Made by a program: the position numbers and the translations under genes. A stretch of 63,480 nt of DNA, counting the filler, from Phoronis australis (taxonomy: Eukaryota > Animalia > Phoronida): NCBI GenBank assembly GCA_002633005.1. It is 11 parts of 11 records of this genome, joined end to end, with 100 filler letters (N's around TTAATTAATTAA, not from the genome) between each part and the next. Parts side by side here need not be neighbours in the genome. Positions count along the whole stretch, not along the records: positions 1 to 24,430 come from NMRA01000793.1; 10 more parts are not named here. One strand, written 5' to 3'. How positions within the stretch are numbered: position 1 is the first letter of the stretch; every line of letters starts with the position of its first letter. Shown here piece after piece: positions 1-11,668 of this stretch. The notes beneath the pieces are model-generated. The model worked only from the letters and a program-made list of their open reading frames with translations, made no database searches and had not been told where the DNA came from.

Positions 1-1727
1 TTATAAGGTAATCCTTTCATTAAGAACAACTGCAATCATATCAATAGATCATATCCATGAAAACAAGTCTCCGGTGGAAGAAATCTACCTTTGGTGATTA
101 CCCGAATAACACTTCCGCCATGAAATAGTGCAAAGTGATAGATCTAACACGGTATCCTGTGCCTTCTTGTTTGCCTCAAACTCTTTGTCGGTTTTAAAGA
201 TTCGAGCGTACCTGAAAATTGTAAATTTTAACAAATTTCTTTCTGTAGTGACATTTATGTTTTAATACGCCAGTTCTCACACCGCTTATTTTCGTGAAAT
301 GACCCCGGAGTTCTGATTGGGCAAAGCTTTGAAAAAGAGACAATGACGTTCAATGTTAAATTCTGGGTTGCATCACTTTTTTGGCGCAAAACTCCAGGAA
401 ATAGCCAAGAGATCACTTGGGTCACATTCCTGAACTTGAGTGCATGGCAATCGGACTGGATGAACATGTATGTTTTATCGAGAAAGAGTGACTGCATATT
501 TTTGGTTGATAAATGTGCAATTTCTATGAAAGGACATGCATTTTCGGTTGCTTTTGACACAGAAAATATGAAAAAATGACAAATTCATGCCGTCGTTTGC
601 ACCACCGTGAAAATTGTTAGTAAGGAGCTGAGAGGTGCGGAAACGAGGTATTGCATATGCAATTACAAGTGGGGTTTCAGACTTTCGCTTCAGATTACGT
701 TACTTGGTGAATTCCCATCAATTTTAGGATAATGCACAGCTGCGTTTTCATCGCATCGGGTGTGCATAAAATGATGGTATGGAAATCTGTGGTGTGACGT
801 ATTCTTATCGTACTTAACACGCAGTCCTATTACGACAATATATGCCGTTGACATCGATACATGTCGTCACCCGCGCGACAATACAATGTCATGTATGTGA
901 CGTGGGCGATAATATATGCCGTGAACACTAGCCCTGTATTGTTACCTCGTTCATGGACAACAACACTCGACATGAATTGTCCCTATCCATTTATGTTGAA
1001 AAGTAGTCTGTTTGTCACGGGTTTTCGGCATATATGCGCATCCAGAGTTACGGGGAAGAAACTGTAAAAATTTCAAAACGAAACTGTATAGCTTGTAGAA
1101 CGTGGCAAATGTGCGGGAGATACTAGGTGTTGATGATGATGGTAACGATGGCGATGACGTTGATGATAAGACTTACGTACCAGATCTTCAGTGCAGGGCT
1201 AGTTGATAACACACAGACCGTGGTAGAGTTCAGTAACGCTTGTCTCTAAGCTTCATGTAGGACCTCGTTAAAATGCAAGACTTCGCGAGATTACTTGAGA
1301 TATTGCTGCGTATTTTAAATAACACGGGATTGTGGGCAGCGAATTCTGTAGCAAATCAGGATAACCTAAGTGTGTTCCGTTTTGAAACCTAAAGCGCTTT
1401 CAGTTAGATATCACAATGGCAACTTTAAACCTTTGAAAATTCTCTTTTGGAGTGTACAATATGTGCAATTACAACGTGACACCCGACATATATTGCCACT
1501 TTGTGAGGTGGGACAGTGTGTACTGGGTGGTTCAATATATGCAGAAAGTTGAAACACATCGTCGCCTAGCTGGGCCGCAATATGTGTCAATGTCTACGAC
1601 GTGTATAATCCCATTCGGCATTAATATTGTCGCTGAGACGACAATATGTATCGAGTTCTATAGTAAATGTGAGGATCACGTGCACATTCGGGCAGAAAAC
1701 CTGTTGGTTATCAATTTGTTATTTCAG

Positions 1728-1889
1728 GACACACTGATTAGCGAGTTGCTGGAGTTGAATAACGGTAGAGTTGATGCTATACTGAACAACAAAGATGATC
1801 CGGAGTTCCTCAAACGGAACTTACTCAAAGTCCATGTGTATTTTGAAGATTTAAACTACGAAGAAATTAGTCAAAAACCGGAATACACG
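1728..1889 (+). CDS. DEG/ENaC (amiloride-sensitive channel family) penultimate coding exon
   Basis: Acceptor tttcag, donor gtagga, 162 nt, phase 0-0. Encodes DTLISELLELNNGRVDAILNNKDDPEFLKRNLLKVHVYFEDLNYEEISQKPEYT; NLLKVHVYFEDLNYEEI..K..Y is the conserved pre-TM2 segment (ASIC [23 protein letters not shown]). Upstream exons not found in the window. Confidence 0.92.
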
Positions 1890-2893
1890 GTAGGAATTTT
1901 TAATGAAAAGGGAAAACATTTTTTTACTTTTAACATATTCACTCCTAATAAATCAAAATGATGTGCTATCTAAGTCATAATAAAGACGCACGCACGCACG
2001 CACCACTAACTCACTTAATGGTCGCTTAGTTTTTGACGACGTACATGTAGGTGATGCCGGATGTCAAATGTGTAGTTGGTTGCGACAGAACCCATTAAAC
2101 CCAAATAGATGTTTTGGCAGTACGTTGAGCCACTGCGGTTTCACACCCGGGGTAGAATTGCTCGGGACCCGTTTGCAACCCATAAGAGGAATGACATTTT
2201 CTTTATTTTCGCGGAAGCGCTTCGGTGAATCTGAAATCACCGCCGTTCCGTTGTAATTACTGCGGTAAATATAAAATCACCGTGGCAATTTCGAAATCAC
2301 CGTGACGGCGGAGATTTTCAAAACCATCGAGAACACCGTTCCATTGGAGTAAAAATTTAGAGAGTATTATAGAATAATCCTTCAAGCTACATTTCATGTG
2401 TATGTTTTACTTTTGACTTTTAGTAAATCAAGTTTTCGGATTGCCTATACTGTATCGTTTGAGGATTTCATTGAATTTCAAGGCATAACCACAGCTCTCC
2501 ATGCCCATTGCTTCAAACATATATTTTAATATGAACTTAAAGTTCATTTTCTCAAATCAATCCTCTAGTCGAATGCACAAGAATTCATCTAAATTCCAGC
2601 AAATTTGAATTGTTTATAAAGGTATTCCTTTAAACCTTACATTCAGAGGAGATCACTGATCACTGTAGACGAATCTACATTTTTTTCGGTCGGATCTGAA
2701 ACTGGGTGCGCATAGTAACCCCAATCGTCATCAGGAACAGTTGGAGAATAATTCCATAGCCAATACTCTCTAAGCAGCTTTTCAAAAGATTACTGTTCTC
2801 GATCTTCTGGAGTTGTTTAACTTAATTGTAAACATCTTTGTCGTGAGCGGAACAGTTGAGGAAAATGTCAAATTTTGCACTCGTTTGACTTTG

Positions 2894-3140
2894 CCGGTTC
2901 CACCGGGTCAACCAGCTGAGACGTCGGTATCGAGATCAATAACGCTATTGTCTCGCTTCAAAAGCAGGACCTCGCAAGATACTGCGAGAAATCGCCGTGT
3001 ATTTTCAATGGTAACTCTTGATTTTGGCTAGACTGTTCTCGCCGCGAGACAGTTTTTGAAGTGGACGCTGATTAATGTAAGTTGGAGTTGGTTATTGAGA
3101 CCCAATCGGATGTCTCACCCGGTTGACCCGGCAGAACCAT
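2894..3140. mobile_element. MITE-like element with ~32-bp imperfect inverted repeats (family also at 38367-38475)
   Basis: Left arm GGTTCCACCGGGTCAACCAGCTGAGACGTCGG versus right arm reverse complement GGTTCTGCCGGGTCAACCGGGTGAGACATCCG. Confidence 0.6.
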
Positions 3141-3446
3141 CGAGGTCAATCAAGCGCGACCCAATTCCATGCTTTTTTCGTGTGACAGCATGTGGCTACA
3201 TGCAGATATGATGTGTCCGAATATCAATAAGATAATACACAATAGTTTTGGCTTACGAAGTAAATGTACGCTGTAGCGTACATGTACATTACAGTGATTC
3301 AAATATGGGAGACAGTTGATCATCTGGCAGGATTTAGTCCGACGCAATTTATACTTTTTCATATGTTGGCTTCAGTACTTGCGCTTTCTAAATGCACTTC
3401 TAGTGTTGTACTAGTTTTAATCACATCATATTTTGGCCAAAGTACG

Positions 3447-3879
3447 ATTAGAAAACGGACAATTGCCGCACAAATAAAGAAGTTTATGTTAATTCAACGT
3501 TTCGTCTTGTTCAACAAGATATCAACAGGATATGTACAGTAGGGCAAGTGTCGATATTCTTTCAAGTCACATCCATGTGGTGAAATGAGAGTGAGATATA
3601 CAGGGAAAGTACGCGGGTCATTACCATAGTTGCAGAGTCACTGAGCTCAGCATGCTACTGATTCTCTCAATAACATGCAGAGCTCAGTTACCCTGCAACT
3701 ATGGTAATGACCCGCTTACTTTCCCTGTATCTCTCACTCTCAATTCACCACATGGATGTGACTTGAAAGAATGTCGACACTTTTTGTCCTACTGTACATA
3801 TCCAGAAGATGTCTTGTAAGACGAAACGTTGAGTTAATATGAACTTCTTTATTTGTGCGGCAATTGTCCGTTTTCTAAT
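3447..3879. mobile_element. Fold-back (palindromic) MITE, ~433 bp, in the last intron of the DEG/ENaC gene
   Basis: Arms of about 210 bp are near-perfect reverse complements (ATTAGAAAACGGACAATTGCCGCACAAATAAAGAAG... / ...CTTCTTTATTTGTGCGGCAATTGTCCGTTTTCTAAT), with a loop of only a few nt near 3663. Confidence 0.88.
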
Positions 3880-3928
3880 TCTTCTAGTTTTGTTCCTGGT
3901 GAAATCAAGTAGCACTTTATTTTTGTAG

Positions 3929-4105
3929 GGATCTTCGCTGATAGCCGACCTTGGAGGATCAGTTGGTTTATGGATAGGCTGGAGTGTGGTAACCGTTATG
4001 GAACTATTAGAGTTTCTTTCAGACCTACTCGTTCTCAAACGGAGCAAATGCAAGCGTGGAGACAATCGCGTGCGTGAACTGCATGCATTCAAACCACGTG
4101 CTTAA
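3929..4105 (+). CDS. DEG/ENaC terminal exon (degenerin site, TM2, short cytoplasmic tail, stop)
   Basis: Acceptor ttttgtag, phase 0 matching the previous exon. Encodes GSSLIADLGGSVGLWIGWSVVTVMELLEFLSDLLVLKRSKCKRGDNRVRELHAFKPRA*, with the DxGGxxGLxxGxS signature. Missed by the ORF track. Confidence 0.93.
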   Translation, partial: GSSLIADLGGSVGLWIGWSVVTVMELLEFLSDLLVLKRSKCKRGDNRVRELHAFKPRA

Positions 4106-6414
4106 CGAATATGTGTGATGATGTGGGGAAAATCAAGGCGCTCATCGACAACAGTCCCATGTCGCACGATTTGCGGCTGTTTTTATGTTGCGTTTCATAA
4201 GGACACTGCAATAAAATGCCGATTCCAGGCGTTTGACTGGTAAATGGCGAAAATGACGCTTGCTCATGAATAAACTTGCTGCAGGTTGTGAAATGGATTT
4301 GGAATTTTTCGGTTTTTTTTCTCAAGTCAGTGTGTACGTCGGCTGGCTTCAAATTTATTGACTGGTTAGTTGAATCTCTAGTCTGTCATTGCGTTTTTTT
4401 AAAGTTCTTGCAATAACGGTTTCCAACCGTTTTGAGTAAAACCAAGACTACTACACGTCCAGCTTTTATAATAAGACTATGAAGCACAAATTAAGTCATG
4501 ATGTACTTACCAAGCTCCATGCACACTGTTTGTTTTGCTTAATTCAAATTTAGAACTTTGGCATTCATGTTAGTACATAGCAGGCTTATGAATTTTGTAT
4601 AGCATAAAGGCATTGTATCCTGAATAAAAGGACATTGAAGGGAGACAATTTTCTATATCAATAAATTGTCATGAGGAACGTTTAATCTACTTTAATTTTT
4701 AGCTAGTTGTAGTTTATTTTTTCAATCACTACTTGGTTAAGAGTAGCCTTGATGAAGCCTTCTAACGTTATTAGATACACAAATTCCGTCTTTTGTTGAT
4801 AAAAAGAGTGTATCGGTGCCAGTCGTTGTAGTTTCGCTTATTTCCAAATACTATTACACTTGTAGGTTGAAAGCAGCCTTTATCAAGCCTCCTAACGTTG
4901 TTTTTTTCAAGATATACAAATGAAATCTTTTCTTTTTGAGAAAAAAGTTTTTGGATCGGTGCTTATAATATGAGGTACTGTACAATTTTCTCTTGTATTC
5001 TCTAAAGTATGTAAATGATCGATTGAGTTTTTTGCTTCACATCTTATGCGTGTTATGCAAGGTTTGTCAAGAGTGGACATTAGGCAGTGGTCCTAAAGGT
5101 GCTGAAACTTTGAAACTGGTATTTATGTTCTTATATTTGAAAACTAGCTGTGGATGCGTTCTAATAGAATGCAAAAAAGTTTCTAAATCTTCTCCCATAC
5201 ATATTCTGCTTACTGATAAACTGTGGCGCATTGACATCAATTACGCATGCGCATGTATTGACAGCTGTTTTTGTTAATTTTTGATAATTGGTCTTCGCAA
5301 TTTTTATACCAGATAGCAAATTGTCATCTCTGCCGGTATTTTAAGTTACGTGACTTTCAATTTGCCACCAGAAAACTGCCACTAGAAATAAATTAAATTA
5401 GATCACGCATGCTTCATTATAATACATAATGAACAAATGCGCGCTGTGTGCAAGTAAAATTCACGGCGATCCAAACTAAATAGTAAATTCCCGAAACTGA
5501 TGTCGAATCCTATATGTAACTCGCTAATGGAGTAATTGACTTGAGGCAGCTAAAAAGTTGTTTACCAAATGGTTATTTTATTTTCTTCTATGAAGTAAGA
5601 AAAAAGTTGTTGGAATCTTTCGACACGCAACGTAACTGAACTTGTGCATATCCTATGAAATTTGCGAATGAATGCTGTGTTTTCGTTTGAAATTACTGTT
5701 CCAAACCAGTCTTTTGCCAAAAAAACTAAAATTTGTTTGAGATCATTAACATTCATGGAGTCACCTTGTTGTCCTGTCGTGATTTCGGAGTCTGTGTAAA
5801 GTTGATAGTAACGACCATTCACGGCACATAAAATGAGCAAGCGTGTCACGCCAATTTGATCCTTCTCTCGAGCAGTTACTGTTGCTTCTTCTCAAGCTTA
5901 ATGTCATCCATAGCCTGAGTAAAAAGTAGTTTGATATTGTGTAAATTTTTTTTGAAAGAGTCATTAAAAAAGAATACAAACTGCGTGGAAATCTTGTCGT
6001 AAGGGTTGTCATCATTACAAATATTCTGTAACGACAGTAATTGTTTTATTTTCGAAATCTCCAAAGCAACCAGTATGAAATATTTGACTTGGACTTGTGT
6101 AATTCTATTACCACACACACGTATAGAAAATCGTCCGTGTAAATTCTTCTAACTTTATTTTGTACGACTTTCTAAATTCAAATAATCAATAATTTGAAGA
6201 ATTCACCTTATTCAACTACTATCGATGTTTCTACCTTAGTAAATATTTAGTAAATGCGTTCGAAAGATTTTCGAAGTTCGTTTCAATTTGACAGGAAGAA
6301 ATTCCGGGAAGGAATCGCCGCTATCGGAAGGATAAGACTGATTGGCTTGTATGTAAATAATTTTAAAACTATGTTAACAATCGTTAATGGAGAACAAATA
6401 GCACTAGTAAGTCG

Positions 6415-6422
6415 TATAAAAG
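6415..6422 (+). promoter_or_regulatory. TATA box of the secreted WAP-antistasin gene
   Basis: TATAAAAG 58 nt upstream of the ATG at 6473, which sits in a good context (CAACATG). Confidence 0.65.
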
Positions 6423-6472
6423 ACCAGCGATCATGTCATTTGGCTACGGCTTCAGGAGGGTAGTCCATCAAC

Positions 6473-6524
6473 ATGAAGGCGTTGGTTGTGTTGGGGTTAT
6501 GTCTCGTTGTCTCCGCCAGTAAAG
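6473..6524 (+). CDS. Secreted WAP/antistasin protein, exon 1 (signal peptide)
   Basis: MKALVVLGLCLVVSASK then AAAG|gtagag, phase 1; typical hydrophobic signal peptide. Confidence 0.82.
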
Positions 6525-7371
6525 GTAGAGTGAACTAGTGCTATTTTGTGTTATACGATGTTGAGTAGAGCATTGTTTGGAAAATTGTGGATAAAAACTT
6601 TTTACTGCGGTTGGTCTCTCGATCATATGGTGGCCCAAAGTTGACATTGGAGAATAAAATTACGAAAACATTCACTTCTTCGCAGAGAAAGGCTTTCTGA
6701 CGCGGAGAACATTTTTCTCAGAAAGTTTTTTTCCGCGGAGATAAGTTTCCTCTGCGGCGAAAAGGTTTTATCCGAGGAGATTTTTTTCGGTGGTGAAAAA
6801 TTTTTACGCGGCGGAATGATGTATCCAAAGAGATGAGATATTTTTTCAATGTCAGCTTGGGGCCAGCCTACGATCCTCAGATTACAATGGCATGTACGTT
6901 TTCCCAATTATTAAATAGTACGAGTATTTTTCATCTATCCAGGGACATGATTTCTGTTAGATTAAGCAAAAATATATAATTGTAAGTAGTATGTGCCAGA
7001 TTCATTTTCAAACTTGAGCTTCCCAAGGGAAGAAGATTGCGGTCAATATCAACTTTCATCAGGTGGCGCTGGGGAAAAGGATACCGGTCCATTTCAGGTG
7101 TTTTTTCTTTTTGAAAACAATGAGCTAATTATATCGCACTACCATATCAATTAAAAAAAAACACAGATCAGAACCAATTATGCTTTTTGACCTCAGACCG
7201 TTATTGTTTTGCAATGAACGATGACCACTATGACCTGGAGAGTCATTCCGCTTCACATTAAGCCCTGTTGAGTGCTTCCACTTAAACTGGATTTTGTTAT
7301 CTGCAAAAGCCCCAATCAGTATCTTTCCTGAGAGAGAAAAGCATTATTCAACAAAGAAATCGCTTTATATT

Positions 7372-7440
7372 TATATACATATACATATACATGTACATGT
7401 ACATGTACATGTACATGTACATATACATATACATATACAT

Positions 7441-7483
<43 letters not shown>

Positions 7484-7487
7484 TATA
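7372..7487. repeat. Compound microsatellite (ATACAT)n/(ACATGT)n/(AC)n/(AT)n
   Basis: Directly visible; accounts for the HIHIHVHV ORF at 7294-7488. Confidence 0.95.
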
Positions 7488-8217
7488 GTGGATTGTGTGT
7501 TTCAGTGTGGGGTCTCTCTACTCACACATAACGTTAGTCATGCCAGCCTAATTCACAAACTTCCTCTTCAAACATGGTCACGGCCGCACTTTCGAATGTT
7601 GGCGAGGTTTACACAACATTACTTTGTTTCAAAGATTTAACTGGTCTCATCGCACTTCATGTCTGTTGATCAAACATGCCTACAACGGAGTTCTTTCTCA
7701 AGTTAAAGAGACATTGAACGTGAATGCTCGTCAAAAATACCTTTGAAACAATTCCTGACGAAAGTACCATCTCGCAACGTCTAGTAAAGAGTAATTCTGT
7801 GAGGAAATTTTCATGCAAAAATCACAAAATTCGCGACTTTTGAAATACACCCACTTGTGATAAATCGCGCATGTGCTCAGTCAGTTGCTTATTGTCGCTT
7901 GAGGTCATAAGTCACATTTTCCCACGTCTATGTTTTGCCATACCAAATAAGGAGACGTGCTTTGCCTTGTGGGAGACAAATCGGCGAAGTGGTGAACAGT
8001 TAACAGATCGTTTTCTTGAAATCTGAAACTAAAAGAAAATGCTCTGATATCACCGCAGAAATTAGAAATATTTATGAACATACTCTAAAAATACCTGGTG
8101 AGCAGGTTAAATTCTGTTTCGGTGGCAGAGAACCACTTCCAATGTTGCAATTTAGTCTATCACGTTCCAGGCCTGTTTAGAGTCACTTAATGCCGGATTG
8201 CATTTTTACGTTTACAG

Positions 8218-8295
8218 AAGGTTGTCCACCTATAGAGAAGAAAACAGTGGGGATATGTATTCATGAATGTACAGCAGACGAAGAATGCGGTCAAG
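8218..8295 (+). CDS. Secreted WAP/antistasin protein, exon 2 (WAP N-half)
   Basis: Acceptor tttacag, donor gtaatt, phase 1-1; EGCPPIEKKTVGICIHECTADEECGQ. Confidence 0.9.
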
Positions 8296-8496
8296 GTAAT
8301 TAGTAAAGACGAGGCTCTCCGTACTTAGCTTCCAGGGTTGTATGTTATTTCATCCTATATAGTACTTTAGTGAAAACTAATTCCAAAGTATTGAAATTTT
8401 GCAAGTGAAAAGTTTTCCTTCAAAAGGTTTTGAAACAGAATAGTTGTCGATCGGTTTCACTGCCGAAAAATGCGTTTTGAGATTCTCATTTTGAAA

Positions 8497-8728
8497 TTAT
8501 TGTTGGGTGGGATAGACTTCTTTAATTGTTTATTGTTGGATGGGATAGACTTCTTTAATCTATTATTGTTGGATGGGATAGACTTCTTTAATTTATCATT
8601 GTTGGATTGGATAGACCTCTTTAATTTATTATTGTTGGATGGGATAGACTTCTTTAATTTATCATTGTTGGATGGGATAGACTTCTTCAATATATTATTG
8701 TAGGATGGAATAGCGTTTTCTAATTTAT
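8497..8728. repeat. 33-bp minisatellite, about 7 copies
   Basis: Unit TTATTATTGTTGGATGGGATAGACTTCTTTAAT; accounts for ORFs 8457-8780 and 8470-8703. Confidence 0.93.
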
Positions 8729-8789
8729 TAGTGTTGACCAGAGCTATAAAACGAAAAATATTGTGCTTTTGTGATTGCATTACAAAATG

Positions 8790-10580
8790 CCAATTCTCGC
8801 TGTTGTCTACGAGACATCTGCTGAAATCAGGTTAGCTCTGATTTCTGAAAAAGCGCCACAAACTAACAAAAAAGTGATATTCATCCTCGACACAATTCCT
8901 GGGGCATAATGTATACACTGCCTTCATGTATCACATTTAAGTGACGACAAGTTTCTACTGCCAGTCTGTGGTATGCACATCGACAACGTGTATAACTTTG
9001 CACCAGTGCTCTTGGAAGGTTATCAATTTCAAAATTGTTTTCATGCTCAAATACAACTGTAAATTTTTTATAATAGTTTAACTAAGAATTGGAATCAACA
9101 TCGAACTGCCATGTTTGCAAAGCACAGTCCTTAACACATTGTGGGAAAATATTTACAAATGACACTTGACACGCTACAAATGTCCATCATTTTCATCTAG
9201 CCAGCGTAAGCAGCCCTTGTGTTACGTTCCCGTGGCATATTCAAATTTTTGAACCAGTATTTAATACTGCTAACAAAGGATCTCGCAAACATAGGGTATC
9301 CGCCACATTTACCCAAAATTGCAGCGCTAGAGCAAGTACCGCCAAGTCCTAAGGTCAATTTACAAAATTTTAATTATTTTTTTTCTAAACACTCATATTC
9401 TTTAAAACCCCAAATCTTGCCACCATAACAAAATGTTGGGTACACCAGTTTATCAGACAAGTAAAAGGCAAGTGATGGGGGCATCTCGCGACATCTGCGC
9501 TGTGGTTTAAAAGCAGGTGATGCAACTTTATTTTCTTGGAAAGAGAGAGATTTTGTAGCTTTCGACCGTGACAATTTAGGTGTGATAAAAACATCAAGAC
9601 ATTTATAATGAGATACAGCATCAACTTGCTGGTTGTTAAAAAACATTTCTCGTAATGTCTTAAGAGACCTCCATTTCTAAATACAATTATTTTTGTTTTC
9701 TTTAAATTCACAGCCATACCCCATGAATCACAATGATCATTTTGAAAATTCAACATGCGTTGCAAGTTAGACGCTATTAGAGAGCACAAAACCATGTCAG
9801 CTGCATACAATAGTGAATTAATATTTGTAGCATGCTCACCTAAGCAGGTGCTATTGATGTCACTACTTGAATTGTGTTTTTCTAATACATGTACCAATAG
9901 TGTTATTAAATAAGTCTGTTAAACTATCACGCGATTTAGCACACGATCTCAGCTTGCTATATATTGATCGCAGAATTGATAACATATTACCATGAACATT
10001 AATTTGCATAAGTCTATGAAACAGTAAGCTATGTGGTACTCGATCAAACGCTTTTGAATAGCCAATAAATGCACAATATAACCTGCCACCTTGCTTGCTT
10101 ATGTGTGTCTGACATATCGCATACAAAGAAGATATATGATCCACAGTCGCATAACCCTTGCGACACCCTGCCCGGGCTTCAAAATGTCGACCATTACTTT
10201 CGGCCCAATACAATCGCTTATTCAGTATTCTGGTAAAGAGTTTCCCAATAGCCAACAGAAGCCAAATAACTCTATAATTATTCTCATCGTCCACGTTACC
10301 TTGTTTTAACAAGGAAATTAACATTGCATCACACCAAGTACGCTCAAAAGACTGCTATTTATCGAACCGGCTGCTGATCCGCTTGCAGAACTTTGGAATA
10401 CGGCTGCAGGTTGCAGGTCAGATTACCCAGTGATATTGACCTTAGGAAACCAGTTTTCTCGCCGATAGCAAGGTACTGATTAGGCACATTTTACCTGTTA
10501 GGTTTCAAATGTCTTTATTTCATAGCAGAACTTCATCGGTCATTTTTCAATCATATTTTTCGTAAAATTACATCTAAATT
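8790..10580 (-). mobile_element. Decayed non-LTR retrotransposon (LINE, RTE/RTEX-like) ORF2 remnant in intron 2
   Basis: Frameshifted RT motifs NNYRVIWLL..IGKLFTRILNKRL, LYCAFIGYSKAFDRVPHSLL, SLLYAADMVL (YADD) and VNLKKTKIIVF, plus C-terminal CTLCPRNCVEDEYHF..VC near 8860-8920. Clade is inferred. Confidence 0.88.
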
Positions 10581-11042
10581 TACTAAAGCGAGGTCGTAGG
10601 TACATACCGCTATCTGACACAGTACGGGGACTATTGCATTCAATTATGTGTACATGTACAGCACTTATACACTTGCAGCAAAAGAGAGACTAGTTTTGTT
10701 TTGATTCTCCGTTTGGCAGAAGAAATAACTCAACATCTGAAATAAGCAGATTAACAGGTTTAATTTCTCACGATTGCCCTCTCTGTCTGAGGAGGGCTCG
10801 TAAGTTGTTCAATACATGCAGTCTCAAAACTAATTTTTTTGTTTTAGTTGCTCATTTTGGAGCTTCGAAATCGCTCTCTGTCTCGCTTTAAGGTATTTAC
10901 CATTCAGTGTTCCGATATTTTCCCGTTTAAACTATTTCACATGCCCACTCTCTGTGGGTTTTTTATTTCTCCGTGCGGAATCTATTTTCTTAAAAACAAC
11001 AGTCTAATTAAAACTTTATTTTAGTTTTCTCGTTTTTTCAAG

Positions 11043-11193
11043 GAAAGAAATGCTGCTCAAATGGTTGCGGAAGCATGTGTGTCGCTAGTAATGTTTCCGA
11101 CACAGTTGAACCGACACTATGCGCTGTGAAATGCCTCGTGGATCCGTGTTTGAAAACGCCTAAATGTCCTGCGTATCCCAACGCAACATGCAA
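11043..11193 (+). CDS. Secreted WAP/antistasin protein, exon 3 (WAP C-half plus start of the 8-Cys module)
   Basis: Acceptor ttttttcaag, donor gtaagt, phase 1-2; GKKCCSNGCGSMCVASNVSDTVEPTLCAVKCLVDPCLKTPKCPAYPNATC. KCCSNGCG..C completes the four-disulfide core. Confidence 0.92.
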
Positions 11194-11559
11194 GTAAGTT
11201 GGAATCGTAATATTCATTTTCCGTTGTAAAGAAAATTTATTTGCCATTGAGAATGAGGCTACGTCCACTCTAACACCAAGCTGTATGAAATAATCCCCCT
11301 GGCTTGCTGCAGTTCCATTTCATTTTGTTTTTATGCAGGGAATAACCCTTTGGTTTTAACAATTAATAAGACCTAGCCGTAAGACATTTTATTTGACGTC
11401 TCAGAAACCACACGTTGACATCGGTAAAAACATGGAGTTTCTGTATGTTCGTCTTGCCTCTATTATTTTGTTAATTTTTATCGCTATTTCTAACAGCAAC
11501 TTACTTAGGCTCTGAAAACAACTTTATTGTTGCAAGAACTGGACATATAATCGATGTTA

Positions 11560-11668
11560 CATGGGCGGTGCAGGCCCCCCCCCCGTGGTGCATCGTCTAT
11601 AGACCATGGGCGGTGCAGCACTAAAGCGGGGGCTATAGCCCCCCGCCCCCTATGTTGCGCCGCCCATG
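11560..11668. mobile_element. Short GC-rich MITE with CATGGGCGG...CCGCCCATG termini
   Basis: Terminal inverted repeat, internal duplicate of the left end at 11605, and flanks TGTTA/TGTCA (imperfect 5-bp TSD). Confidence 0.6.

Noticed and set aside
2789-3031. ITVLDLLELFNLIVNIF as an alternative TM2 exon of the channel
   Set aside because: Lacks GGxxGLxxGxS; the true TM2 exon is at 3929-4105.
3264-4092. Two opposite-strand ORFs sharing IRKRTIAAQIKKF
   Set aside because: Artefact of the 3447-3879 palindrome.
4703-4960. Two-copy ~130-bp direct repeat downstream of the channel
   Set aside because: Ordinary diverged local duplication with no structure or coding signal.
6675-6815. Degenerate TTTTCCGCGGAGAAA-type reiterations in intron 1
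   Set aside because: Probably subterminal repeats of an old MITE, but no partner end was found, so it could not be called.
7690-7790. Possible Penelope end with a minimal hammerhead (CTGACGA...CGCAACGT)
   Set aside because: The catalytic GAAA is absent, no convincing stems form, and the upstream GIY-YIG resemblance is too weak.
8457-8780. ORFs with (KKSIPSNNNKL)n or (LLLDGIDFFN)n repeats; possible CRISPR-like array
   Set aside because: Head-to-tail 33-bp minisatellite with no unique spacers and no cas genes, inside an intron.
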